Positions 10,944-24,200 of a DNA stretch of 64,000 nt are shown piece by piece. The position numbers and the translations under genes were made by a program. The notes beneath the pieces were generated by a model. That model was not told where the DNA came from. It was given only the letters and a program-made list of their open reading frames with translations, and did not search any database. Source of the DNA: Dimorphilus gyrociliatus (taxonomy: Eukaryota; Animalia; Annelida); NCBI GenBank assembly GCA_904063045.1, contig CAJFCJ010000032.1, positions 62,001-126,000 of the forward strand, read 5' to 3'. Within the stretch, counting starts at the first letter, position 1. Each line of letters begins with the position of its first letter.

Positions 10944-13900
10944 TATAATAGAGAATTATATTTAGAGCAGAGATTGCTCCGCGTTTCCTGCTTCCTCTCT
11001 TACCCCACCTGAATGTATTTGATTTCATTATCAGCAAGTTTCCGAATAAGTTTACCCCAGATAATTGCCAATAAGTTGATAGAATGGATACGATAAACAA
11101 GAGAGTAGTTAAAAGAGCGTAAAATATTTGAATATGAGTTTTAATTTGCTTAAAAAATTGAATAAATTAAAGTCAACTAATGATTGTAATTTAATCAAAT
11201 TGACAAGCTCAATTTCCAGTGAAAGACTCTTAGAAATAATATTTAGTTTGTTACTTATACAAGTGGTAATGTTGATGAAAAATACCGGTAATTAGCTTTA
11301 ATGTTACACTAAGATACTTCCGTTCATCTTCCAGCCAAGAGTATATACCCTTTATTTTCAATTAACAAGTTGATCATTTACGTCCACATTCACAATTGTT
11401 TACAAACATTTTAAAAGCAACGTGTAATGTTGGAATATGTGGCATCTGTTCCGTATTATTTATATATTTGTAATAAAAATATTCTACTTACTTCCAACAA
11501 TTGCTAAAATAACCTGAAAAAGACCTCACCTGCTTCTCTCATATATAAATGATATAGAAATTTATTGCAACTCCATCAATCGGAACCAAATTGAACAAGA
11601 CAGGCCATTATTTCCTCTTTAGGCCTATCGAATTATTTTTGTATGCTAATGAATTTTGAGTGCAAGCGTAAATTCATTAGAAGAAAATATAAAGAAGTTT
11701 AAAGGCGATTGATTCAAATAGAATATAACGTAAGAGAATTTCCTATAGACGCTTTTTATTTAGTGTGTATACAGTGCAGTAATTGCTTTTTGTTCTCTTC
11801 TAATAAATACCCAATTTGTCATTCGCCTATAAGAAACGATCGAAGATAGATAGATAGCCTATACAGACACATTGATATGTGCTATGATATGCATAACGTG
11901 CATTTCTCTAATCATTTATCCATTCCTTTTTCTCAATTATTAACAATTTTACTTACAAACCTTTTCTCTAATAATTTCGTAATCTTTCTCCTTTCCTTCT
12001 CTTCTGCTTTTTCGTGAGGAAAAAAGTTTTAAAAGTGTTATTCCTTCTGTGTTTCTCTTCTTTTCTTCTTTCTTTCTCTTTTCGAAAACGAAACAAAAAC
12101 TCAAAAGTAAATTTATCTTTTAATAATCGTAAGGAAGAATTTATTTAATGTCTTCTTCTCTTCTTTTCTCCAGTATTTCTCTCTTTCTCTATTGTTCTTC
12201 TTCTGGCCTCTAACTCGAGACGGCTGAAAATGTGGTAAACTAGCTACGTCTATCAAAGTTGCTTGGCCCACACTTTTATGACTATACTCAACTCTCGTCT
12301 AGATGTCGTTAGAAGCGTCGAAAAGCGAGTGAGCGAGTAAGTGCAGAGTTAGACAGAATGAGAGAAAAGAGGGAGAGAGGGATGCAGGAGAGAGAATTTT
12401 GAAGTGTGGGTAAATAGTAAAATAAAGAATATAGTATTTTATAGTAATACTAGTATCACTAATAGTAGAAGTGGAAAAAGAGAAGTAAAAAGAGGCAATA
12501 TATTTAATTGAACACTTTGGAAAAAACACTTAATGAAAAACACTTTATTGAAATTTAATTTGAATATACTTTTACGGATAATCTATAGAATATAGTTTAT
12601 AGGCCTAGAAAGGAAAAAAAATGTTTCTTATTTCATCTTTATGGGGTAAAGGAAAAGTTGAAAAGATGAAAAACATTTATTAAAAGTGGTTTTTTGCTAA
12701 AGAAGAAAGAAATTGCAATTTAACTTTGTACATATCGCTTATGATGTCAATAATAAATGTTTGAATATTGGAGTTAGGTCAACAAGGCGTAGAACTGTAC
12801 ACCAGGTAAATCGAATTATATAAATCTTAAAAATATCACGTGATCAAGTGAGAAATTTAGTAAATATTTGTAACAAATATATACTTTCGATCAACTTCAT
12901 GTGGTACTCGAATGACCTATAAATAAATCCCTTAATAAAACTGTCTCCAATCTGACATTTTTCCTTATCTTAGCAATGAATAGAAAAGTTGCAAGGACTT
13001 GCAATTATTTCAACTAGCTATGGCTATGGAGATGTTTGCTTTACAGATCCCAGCACTGATTTCTTAACTGTTAAGAGTTTGTTATTTTAACAGCGATTTG
13101 TATACGTGAAACGAGTATACTGTGTTTCTTCGCAGCTTTTGCCTCAAACTTTTCACAAATATTCTTTTTACTCTTTTTCTTCCTTCTCCTTCTCTCCTCC
13201 GACGATCCCGTTGCTAAATCAGTAAACTTTACTTTTGTCTTTTTCCCCAATCAAACAAATATCTCTGTAAAACAACTTTGTAGAATTTCCAAAAGTGTTT
13301 AAAGTAGTACGAATAAGAATCGGTAGATGGCGCATCTCGTCTGAAGCGGGTTTAAAAGAGATCCAAAAGAGAAAGAAGAAAAGTATAAAAATCGTAAACT
13401 GTTACTCCACCTAGTTCGGATAAAGATAATTGAAAACTAATCCACGTCTTCCGACGCTTATTAGAATTGTATTTTAAACATTTGAATGAAATAGTCAATT
13501 GGCTTCCTTTAAAAAATAAGGAAAATAATTAGAAAAGAAGTAAATTATAGAGGAAAGGAATAAATGAATTTTTAATTGGCATTAATTAATTAATTTCCGT
13601 CGATTGCCGAATGAGGTCACCTTAAATATTAAATAAATGAAGTTATTATTATTATGGGAATAGTTATCATAACGATTATGAGTAGAACAAAACTTGCGTT
13701 AAAGTCTAAGGAAGAAGAAAAGATAAAGAAAAAAGTTGATAAAAGTGATAAAAGATTCTCTCCTTAATGTTTTCAACACGAATCATCTATTCCCGTGTGT
13801 TTGCGTGCGAATGCGTGCTTAAGAGTTGAACAGTGCCATAGACTAAGAAATAGACTAATACGTAAACTGTATATAAAAACTATAAGAGAGGAAAAAAGAA

Positions 13901-14044
13901 ATCGTTAAGACTGATAAAAAGAATGAAAAAAGGAGAGAAGCAGGAGTTCAAAGAAATACTGGAAATGAGTAATAAAATAAAAAGAAAATGATACAGTTTT
14001 TGTGCATTCGTGCTCCTTTTTTATATTAATTTGTTTTTTTAATT

Positions 14045-14605
14045 TCATTTCTTTTCAACATTTTGCCAAAATCTTAGAAATTCGTCAAATTGTAAAACAC
14101 CATCCTTGTTTGTATCGTGTAAATTGAAGAGATTTCTTATATCATCGTCAGAGAAATTATAATCTTTGAGAACGTCTTTTGCCTCATCAAAACTTATACT
14201 TTGGGAGCCATCTTTGTCCATTAATTGAAATTTTTCGATTAGATCGTTCTTTCTACAAATGACGTAGTTGTGAAGGAAGCCGGTGAATTATTACAACTAT
14301 TCCTTCGAGTAGAATCTACTTACTTTTCGTGAACACGCCAATAGAACCAAATAAATTCTTCATAAGAGAGACGACCATCGTCATTAGTGTCGTATTGCTC
14401 TACTAATTTTCTAGTGCTCTCTTAATGAAAGAGAAATAGCTATATAACGCAATGAAAAGGCGAGGAATAGGAAAATAAGCGTTATTTCACCTGGAGTAAA
14501 CCCTAATTCTTTTTCTAAAATCTGTTGAGCTTCACCAACCGAAACGTAGCCGTTTTTATCCTTGTCATATTCTTGAAATTTACGAATTACTTCGTTCGCA
14601 TTCAT
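14045..14605 (-). CDS. Calmodulin-like protein with four EF hands, 139 aa
   Basis: Exons 14605-14491, 14420-14324 and 14252-14045 total 420 nt, with 70- and 71-bp GT-AG introns. Loops are DKDKNGYVSVGE, DTNDDGRLSYEE, DKDGSQSISFDE (G6 replaced by Q) and DTNKDGVLQFDE. Confidence 0.92.
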
Positions 14606-15155
14606 CGCTGCTTTCAGCCAAAATGCGCGCGATCGAAAAGCTTTTTATAGACATTTACATATCATTATCCCTCAACTACGGAAAATTCTTTTCCCTAATA
14701 AAATGGGTCATATTTTGTTTATTCAAAAGAAGTAATAAAAAACACACTTTTACATGTGCCATTACATTCATTTATTCAATAATATACTACTTAACTTTTC
14801 TTATAAAATCAATTTAATCATCTGTGGTCTGTTGATGACTGAAATCGTTCATTCATCGGCGCCTAACAGCAATTTTTGCTTTTTTAACTACAAAAATAAA
14901 CAAAGACTGCATTAAAAGTGCTTACCAATGCTATTTTTTATATTTCTTTCTTTCTTCTACAAACTAGTAGGTTATTAGCATAAAAAATTCTTCTAGTAGA
15001 GAAAAGGAAATAGATGACTTGCAATTTTAATGATAGGTTTTGAAAGTGTTTTAGAAGGTAAGGGGAGGAAAGATGGAGGGATGGAGAAGAGCGAAAATGA
15101 AAGAGAGATGAAGAAAGAAAGAAGGATAGATGGATGGATGATGCATTGGATAAAT

Positions 15156-15160
<5 letters not shown>

Positions 15161-15194
<34 letters not shown>
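15161..15194. repeat. (GA)n microsatellite
   Basis: About 17 GA units read directly. Similar GA/TC tracts occur near 19770, 25200, 38405, 41670, 46115 and 59625. Confidence 0.9.
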
Positions 15195-15199
<5 letters not shown>

Positions 15200-17040
15200 T
15201 GTTTCTTCCAGTACAATTTTATATTAGTATAATTAAAATTTAACTACCTTCGCTGACATATAGAATCCACATGAGCCTATAAAAAGGTAAAGTGGCGAAT
15301 ATTGTTAAACAGTGACGAAATCAATTTTAAAAAAACTTCGATTCTTTCAGTTTCATTAGCGAAACATAATAAACTATTCAAACAAATTGATTATTTAAAA
15401 TAAAATGTAAACCTTCAATAATCTAGCATTAAGAGGAATTTTTTTTCTATTTTCCTTGTTTTTTTAAAAAAAAATTATTCCATCCTCTACAATTTCCTTA
15501 ATAATTTATATCATCCTTTAATTGATGTTTTAATTACATTATTCAGTATCGCCATCTGGTGATTAATTTTATCCCCCACCGTTTCTAATTTTTTATGCAA
15601 CACTCTGCGAAAGAAAGTATAAAAGCACACGAATGATATATACTTGTATATATTTATATATATATATATAGCGGAAAGAGTGAGGGTCAGCTGAGAAAGA
15701 GAGAGAGAGAGAGGCAGACAGTCAGTTGGTTAGTACGAATTAATGTGTATATATACAGTTAAAATAAATGATTGCAAGAGATATGTTCACGTTATGAGTA
15801 TTAATAATAACGTCCATTACAACATAGTAATATCCAAGGATATAAATATTACTTTAATATTGGAGAGCGTGGGTGATTGTAAATGCTTTTCTTTACAGTC
15901 TCTACATTATAACAAACATAATTTCTCTATATAAAATCGATGGGTCATAAAATAAACAATGGTTTAGTAACATTAACCAACAAAATTTTAGTTTTAGTCA
16001 AAGCACAGAAATGAAAATGTTAATTATTTATTTTTCCTGGAAACGTGGATTGTCGTCGGAACTCCTTTACGCTTTCCGGGAAGTTAACGTCAACTAGTAA
16101 CTTTCTATACAGAGTAATACACGAGTTAAAAATACATACTTTGTACGTAAGGTCTATTATCACATTTATGTGGGTTACAATACATTTAATTGCAGATCTA
16201 TATATACATACAGTATATATACTTAAACAATGAAAAATAACGTAACATCCTTTTCATCTACGCCTAATCGAGTTGTAAAAGAAAAATAAAGTCAAAAGGA
16301 ATAGAAACATTTTCAACTGGTCCTGATTTTCGTACTGTTGCATAGAAGATATAATCAAGTTATTGCCTAATTCGTAAGTACATGATAAATTAGGCAAAGA
16401 TATATTGACGAGTCTTATTGGATTATACAAATAACTAGTGATATCTCTCTTTCATGCTATTCTCCTTTTCTATTTTCAATGTATTTTATATGGCGACCGA
16501 AAGAGAAAGAGCAGATAGAAATAATTCTCTCTATCCCTTCAAAAAAGCCTCTAAGATTTCCTTACTAAAAAACGAATGGTATTTGAAAAATATTAACAAG
16601 AGAAAGAATGAGAGTGAGACGACGATGATAATCTTGATAATCTTAACAATGATAAAGAATTTTTTCTTAAGCGTTCTTCTTGATCTTCCCTTTGTTCCAA
16701 TAACGCATCCGCTGTATTTTGTAATGTATTTTGTTTTTGAAGGCTTATAACTCTTGGCGGTGGAAGGGAATTAGAGAATTACTGGAAAATTATTATATGG
16801 ATATATATCCTTGACCTACAGAATTTCTACTCCTCCACAAAGCTTATCGCGATTAACGACCTTGATTTATTTCTCATACTATTATTGATAAAATATCTTT
16901 AACATAACATAGAAAATCACTCAACGAAATCATTCTAAACTAATTTCAAATTTTCGATCTGTAGGGTAACAGCTTCGTCCCGTTTGATTGACAGTCAGCC
17001 GTCTATTTTTAGATGAAAAAAGCCGGCATGTGGAAACTCA

Positions 17041-17134
17041 CTGACGTCAATTTGACGTCAGAGCTAAAAGAGAATAAAGCTGGCCATTCGTTGATTGGAT
17101 AGAAATTCTCTTATACTTGGAAAAGCCCTATAAA
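17041..17134 (+). promoter_or_regulatory. Maf promoter: double CRE, inverted CCAAT box, TATA box
   Basis: TGACGTCA at 17042-17049 and 17053-17060, ATTGG at about 17094-17098 and TATAAA at 17129-17134, all upstream of the ATG at 17244. Confidence 0.7.
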
Positions 17135-17243
17135 TGTTTGCCAATTCTTGTGGCGCGTGTCAGACGAGTTTGAAAGATATTTTCAGCTGTTTCTCTTTTT
17201 GAAGCTTTCTCTTTCTTTTGGAAGAAGAGTGAATAGCTTAAAG

Positions 17244-18220
17244 ATGAACTCGCAGATACCAGATGATGTTCTTACTAGCCTCTTTACGGACTTTGCACTA
17301 GAGCACGAAGAAAAGCAGCAGAGCTACAACTTAAAGCATAGGCCAAATCATCAATCCCCTTCATTAATTCATAACGGCATTCAATCAACCGGAACATCAC
17401 CCTCTTCCAAGTACACCTTTTCGGAGCATTCCGATGACGTAGACACCTCTGCAGTAGTTGATGAACTAGTAAGAATTGGAGACGAACTTCCTGTAGCTGA
17501 TGAGGAATTAATTCTTCTTCCTGTTAGAGAATTGAATAGAAGGCTTCATGGATTATCAAAAGAGGTGAGAAACACGAGTTTTATTTTATATTTTGCAAAG
17601 TATTTGCTATTCTCTTCTTTCTTTCTCTCTCTCTCTCTTTCTCTTTCTACTTTCACGACTTAACATTTTCTTCTTTTAAAATCAAGAAAAATAAAAGAAA
17701 AGAAAACTATTTTAAAGCTTTTTTAATAGTATCGTAAAAAAAGTACGAAAAAGATCGAAAGAAAGAAAGAGAGAAAGAAAGATGAAATAAAAAAAAATAG
17801 TTAAAAAGAATTGTTTCTACTTAAAAAAAAGCAAATAATTAACATTTTAAAAGGGAAAACACAAGAGAAGAGAGAAAGTTGTATTTTATTTTTCTTTGGT
17901 TAAAAGAAGAGAATACTCCTCTCTAACTGAATCTTTACTCAACTGGGTTACTAAATATTTTCTTTATTGATCAGGTGGTTATTCGTATAAAGCAGAGGAG
18001 GAGAACCTTAAAAAATAGAGGTTACGCGCAACAGTGTCGAACGAAGAGGTTGCAACAGAGAGCCGACCTAGAAAAAGTTAATAAAGAATTACTTGAAAAA
18101 ATTAGTAATTTGAAAAAACAAATGTTGATATTGGCAAGAGAAAGAGATTTGTACAAAAGAGAATTGGAAAGGTTCAAATTAAATTCAACTCCATCTTCAC
18201 CAGATAGCGGAATATTTTGA
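17244..18220 (+). CDS. MAF: Large-Maf-type bZIP transcription factor (traffic jam/MafB-like), 188 aa
   Basis: Exons 17244-17564 and 17975-18220 total 567 nt. The extended homology region [22 protein letters not shown]|[25 protein letters not shown] is followed by a leucine zipper. The N-terminal LFTDFAL resembles the large-Maf N-terminal motif. Confidence 0.93.
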
Positions 18221-19604
18221 CATTTTCTCAATCTTCTTTTTTATTATTATTAAACATTTCTTTTGTCTCAATGTTGAAGAATAAAGTTTTTATTTATTAA
18301 AAACAACTATAAACCAGTGGCCATATTTGAATCATAACTGAAGTATTTGTCTTTTCTCTGTTGTAAATAAGTAGACACCGAAAAAAAAATTGTCCGGTTA
18401 TATTTCAATGTTATACCTGTTTGGTGTTTTTCAAACCATCTTGATAAATGTATATATAGATACTGTACATGTTTGTTCGTTTGTACCGTATTTATTCACT
18501 TTTCCACTCTTATATTCTTGAATATTTTTTGCATTTAACATTATTAAATAGATTGTTTTTATGTTGAAAAGATAAAAAGAAAAACTATTCAAACCTTTAA
18601 CAGACTTTTGTTCTTTTTACATCTGTGATCATCTCATTTGGTCGGAGAAAAAAAAAACTAGAAATATAGGAGAACGCGACAGAAATAGGTAGAGAAAAAA
18701 GGTGTGGCAATGGCTATTCTCTTTAGACAAAACGCCGTTTGGGGGTTTGACGGAGAGCTGTAAAAAGATACAGGAGATAGATGGTGGGAGAAAGATAGAT
18801 AGCTAGATAGAGAGAAAAGACATAAAGTGTAACCAACACGTTGAAGAATAGATTGAATAGACGAAGAGATAAGATGTAGACAAAAATTTGATAGGTTTAG
18901 CAAAAGGAGGGAAGAGATATGATAGAAGTGGGAAAAGGAAGAGGGTTGTTTTATTTCAAACGTTATATCACCTTCGCAACTAGAAAAAAGCGCCTTTGGA
19001 AGCCCTCATGTCCAAAAAATGGAGTAAATAAAACACATACATACGCACGCACACTCACACAGTATACAGCGTATTCTATATAATGAAAAGAGTACATCTA
19101 TATATAAATATACTGTAAAAACAGTATATACAGTATATGTATTTATATTTATATTTATACATCTCTCTTTAAGCAAAAGGTCAAAATTAAAATGGTAACA
19201 ATAATAATTGATTTTAGCTGAGAAGATTTCTGTTTCATCATCCATGACTCCTTTAGATTTGCTTTTAATACAATGCTAATTTGAATTACAGATATTAATT
19301 GGCTTAACCCAATATATAATCTTATTTTCTCTTTTCCAACTTTTCTGCTCTTACTTTCCTCGTTTTTCAATTCATATTTCACTATTAAGACGATATAGTA
19401 AGAAAAAGGAGCGATATAGAGATGGAAAGGGAGGAAAAAAGATGAGTGGGAGACGTAATTCCGACTTAATTTCCATAAAATAACTCGACCCTCTCCAAGA
19501 ATATTTTGTTTCAAAGGAAAGCAAGGCTTTTACGTTACGCTAAATATATACTATTCGAAATATATATAAGCTTAGAAAATCGATGGATTCTATTTTTTGC
19601 TTCG

Positions 19605-19762
19605 AATGACGTCATTTCAATGGCGAATTTCTATGACATCCTTGAAATAGTCTGGAGAACCGTTTATAGAAAGCGAACTCATTATAGATTTTTTTCGCAC
19701 CTAAATATATTCTTTCTACAATATCGTGTCATTCTCCACCCTCCCTATTTTTTATCATTTCA

Positions 19763-19795
<33 letters not shown>

Positions 19796-19950
19796 ACAAC
19801 TGTTACTTTTAATTATAAAATAGCGAAAGGTAATTAGTAAACAAGTCTATTATTAGATAATAGTCTTCTATGAAATGATAGGAGTAAAGCGGCTGGAAAA
19901 AGCCTCTCTGACGTCATTAGATGTTGCGGTTTTCCTCTGGAAATTTCCCC
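19605..19950. promoter_or_regulatory. Candidate enhancer between Maf and FOG 3' ends (two CREs and a kappaB-like site)
   Basis: TGACGTCA at 19607-19614 and 19909-19916, and GGAAATTTCCCC at 19939-19950. Confidence 0.4.
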
Positions 19951-20767
19951 TAAGGGAATAAGACCAACAAGCGTGGGATGAATCTATTTTTTCTTCAGTT
20001 GAAAGGCACAATTCTATGGAAGAAGTAAGAGAAGTAATGAAATAATTGGGTCACTGTATCATTAATAGAGATATGACACGTTTAGAATAATAAGCGAACC
20101 GTTTCCTTACAAACATTTAATCAATCATTAATCATGTCTAGAGAAAAAGCTTTTGATCGAATAAAGTCACTGATCGAGAGGCGTTTCTACTAGAGTACTT
20201 ATACGTCGTTACTTCCTATCTAGATTTCCAATAGTTCAAACGGTTCCAGAAAAGAAAATGCTAACAAGTGTCGCCATCTATTTTTAAAAGTGAAGATTAA
20301 TAGCGATAGTAATAGTGTATAATGAAGGATTTGTTTGTTTTTAATAGAAAGCTGTTTGTCTATTCAATAGTATTATAGAGAGATTAATAAATATTACAAC
20401 TTTTTCATATAATTCAGTTGTCAAATTGTTTTTTATTTCTCTTCTTTGTTCATAATCATCTTTGAAAAGGTAAAAGGAATGTTCTTTTACTGCTTTCAGG
20501 TTAAAAAATAGTAGCAGAAAGTAGAATAATTAAGAAGAATAGAGGAAAGGAAGAAGAGCGACAGAGAAAGAGAGGGAAGAAGTAAAAGAAGTAGAGGAAG
20601 AAGAGGACGATGAGAAGAGAATAAAACTATTAAATATATAAGATTACATTCAATATAGAGGAGTAGAAAGTAGCTGAGAATTATAATTCTGTGTGCCATT
20701 TTTCATATCTTTTAATGCACTTTGCTAAATAATTCAATAAAAAAATAATATAAACATAAATATAAAT

Positions 20768-20799
<32 letters not shown>

Positions 20800-21293
20800 C
20801 TCCACAAGTATAAAATACCCAATATACTACTGTATATATGAGTAGAAATACAGTATACTGGAGTAGCAATACTGCACCAAGATGTACACTATTCAATTAT
20901 ATATACTATATATATCTATATATATATATATGTATAATTTATCTCATAGATCTTTAACCGCGACTGCAAAAGTATAGGAAAAATAAAAGCACTTAAAAAA
21001 AAACACAGTACGTCAGATAACATCCATGAAATTTTACTGTCTATTATTTTTGTCATATTTTAGTTTTTAATTTATAAATTTCCCTGCAGGTGACGCAAGC
21101 GTAGAAAACATTTTTGAATAAATTCTCTCATTAACATTAACACTTTGGTAAATTAATAAACTCTTTAGTTTGTTTGATTTTCTTGGGTTTTTTTTTGATT
21201 TGCGGTAGAAGAAAGGAAAAGAGGAAAAAAATTGTTTGTTTTGCTTTACCTTTCTCCTCATTATTTGCTTTATTGTTTTTCTTTGCTTTATGA

Positions 21294-24200
21294 CTAGGCA
21301 GTTACGGCTTGTTGGGTATGGTGGGATGAACAATAAAATTTCTTATGCGCGTCAAATGTCGCTTGGTAGGTAAAGGATATATCGCACTTGGAGCAATACT
21401 TGTCGCCCGGTGACGCCTTCGCTGATACAACTTCTGGTGAGGTGTCTCGTGGATCTTTCTCTCGTTCCGAATGCGTTTTGGAGTGCAAACGCATGCCTCG
21501 AAGTGTATTCCCTTTATAACCACAGATGGCGCATCGATAATTGACTTCCGGTGACGCCTGAGGGCAGTAATAGGTTTTGTGGGCATTTAATGTTGTTTCT
21601 GAGCTGAATGAAATGCAACAAGAAGCACAAGTAAATGTCATCTTAGGAGATTCTTTCTTGACATCGTTCTCCTCTTTCTTTTCTATAATAATTTCTTTTT
21701 TCTCTATTACCTCTTCTTCGATATCATCTTTTCTCATACTTAAATCTAATGGCTGATCATCTATCTGAGGTGTTTTAGACCTGATAATAAGAGGGGGTGG
21801 AAGAACAACTGGAAGTGGGTGGAATATGAGAGAAGGCGGAGGGGGGAGTGGCCGGCAAAAGTTCAGCTGATGACCTCGTAGACCTTCTTCAGTGCTGAAA
21901 GAGGCTTTGCAATCAGGACAAGAGAAATCTTCACCGCGATGAGCACAATAGAAGGTAGCATGAGCCTCGAGGGTTTTTGGACTGCTGAACTTGACACCGC
22001 ATCGGGCACAGGCGTAAATGAGTGCTGTTGAAAAGTTCTTAATTTACATTTGACGATAAAAGATTATTAACTAATAAATTGCGTCCGTTTTACAAAAGTA
22101 ATGTATAAACTATATATAAAGTATGTATAATCAGTATATGCAGTACCATATATAGTAAATTTAGATTACTACGTATGCTTGTACGTATAAATAAATACGT
22201 TTATAAGATTATTATCAATTCCTATTAAATGAGTACAATACAATCGAAAGAATACAATCAGAATAGTTAAATTTCGGAATTTGAACTTGAAGTTTAAGCA
22301 AAAAGTTTACGACTTGTTCAATCTTTAATTAAACAAGATTCTATTGAATTTCTTGTACATTCATCTAATTATTTAGGAGGGGATGCATCTTAAATTCAAA
22401 GCGAATATTTACTATTTAAGGACGGAGAATAAAACGATCTCTGGGTAATTTTTCACGAAATAAGGAGGGGTTGAAAGATTACTAGAGATTAGGACTAAAA
22501 AGACTCTAATAGATTCGCATGGATAAATTTACTTCATAAAAAAAAAGGAACAAGAGACAGCTTTTAGTATAAAGAAGCAAAACTTACGGAAAGACGCCTT
22601 GAGACGCTTCTTAACTGGTGGTGAGCTTTGCCTCTTAACAACCAATTCTTCTTTTTCATTTTCCTCTTCCCCTGCAAAAAAATCCGACTGCTATAACAAA
22701 TACAAGCAAAGATAAGCTGTAAGATAAGGCCGCCTGATAAAGGCGTTGTAAAGATAAGGCGCGTGTGCATCACTGATAACACGAACTAGGCAGCAGAGTT
22801 TGTTGATTTGTTTGTTTTCTCTTCCAGTACATAATTCTATAGGATGCTCGACCGCAAAATATCTATGATATTCTCTCCTTATTTGGAATCTACGGGTAGC
22901 TGAACAGGGTAATTTCCTGCTTCCGGTGCGGGGGAGTGCTTGTTTGATCAACGCGAATTGCCTGTTTTAATCAGATAACTAACGATAAGGACAATGTCGT
23001 CTCTTTATAGTTGAGATAAGGAAATTGATTCTGACTCATTGTTTGCAGATATAATGCAAGTCAACTTGTTTTTATTACATAACTGTAAATATTTTTGAAA
23101 ATCGATGAGAAAATCAAATTAAAACTTGGAACGTGATTTAAGAAAGAGATAGGAACGTTGCGAGCACAAAAACATCAAAGAAAGTCAGAATAAAGACTAG
23201 GGATATAAGTGGGGAGGGACGAGATGTCATCGTCAAATGATAAAGTATCATCGCCCCCACGCAGTCACTTTCTCCACACTATTCTCCTTTCCACCCCTCC
23301 CGCTGTTCCATTTACTTAAGGGAAGAAAACTTGATGATAAATTATGGAGGAAAGAAATGAGGGGAAGAGGGTAGAATAGACGAACACGGAGGGAGAGAGA
23401 TGAATATGGAGGCAGAGATACAGATAGATTGAGATAGAGAGAGAGAGCGAGAGAGAGAAAGAGAGAGGGGAGAGTGATGGAAAAGAAAAAATAATTATAA
23501 ATCAATCTAAAAATAATCAGTTAAGATAAAAAGCAAAATTTCAAATACAAAAAAAAATCAGTTTTAACATATTTTCTTGTTTTTTTAAAAAAAATAAAAA
23601 GACAAAAATAAACAATGTTTAGTTATGAAAAGTGGAGCATTATAGAGAGAGAGAGAGAAAGAGAGAGAGAGGAAGAGGGAGAGAGGAAGGAAGAAAGGAT
23701 AGGGAATGGGAGAAAAGTTAAATTACATTCACATTTCGTATTTTTGATTATCTGATTATCTTAGAGAAGAAAATTCCGATACAGAGTTTTTGCAATATAG
23801 TGTTACTACAAATGATAGAGTAGTTTTTTTTTGCTTGAAATTATCAATAAAAACACTAAAAATATCAGATAAGTATTCTAATTTCTTCACAAATCGTCCT
23901 AAATAATGATCTTGTAGAAGAGAATTCAACTTAATCTATATTTACACGAAAATAGAACATATTAACATCATGGGTGGTCGATCAAGAATTTATAGCACAA
24001 GTATCCTAACTGCCTTAGTCATCCTCTTTTTCCCTTCTAAACATGAATTAAAAGTTGAATACTTTAAATATATAGACATGATTCCATTCAAAAACTGTTT
24101 GCAATTGATAAGGAAAGAAGAACATCCATTTTTTATCAATATTGTTATTATTATCATTATTATTATCATTGTAGACATGTACAGGGAGAGAAACATCGGC

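Noticed and set aside
17975-18050. Maf basic region AQQCR instead of AQSCR
   Set aside because: The main base-contacting residues (N, Y, A, C, R) are intact, so this is probably a neutral variant.
22880-22900. miR-100-like ACCCGTAGAT on the minus strand
   Set aside because: Only 10 nt match, and there is no good precursor hairpin or star arm.
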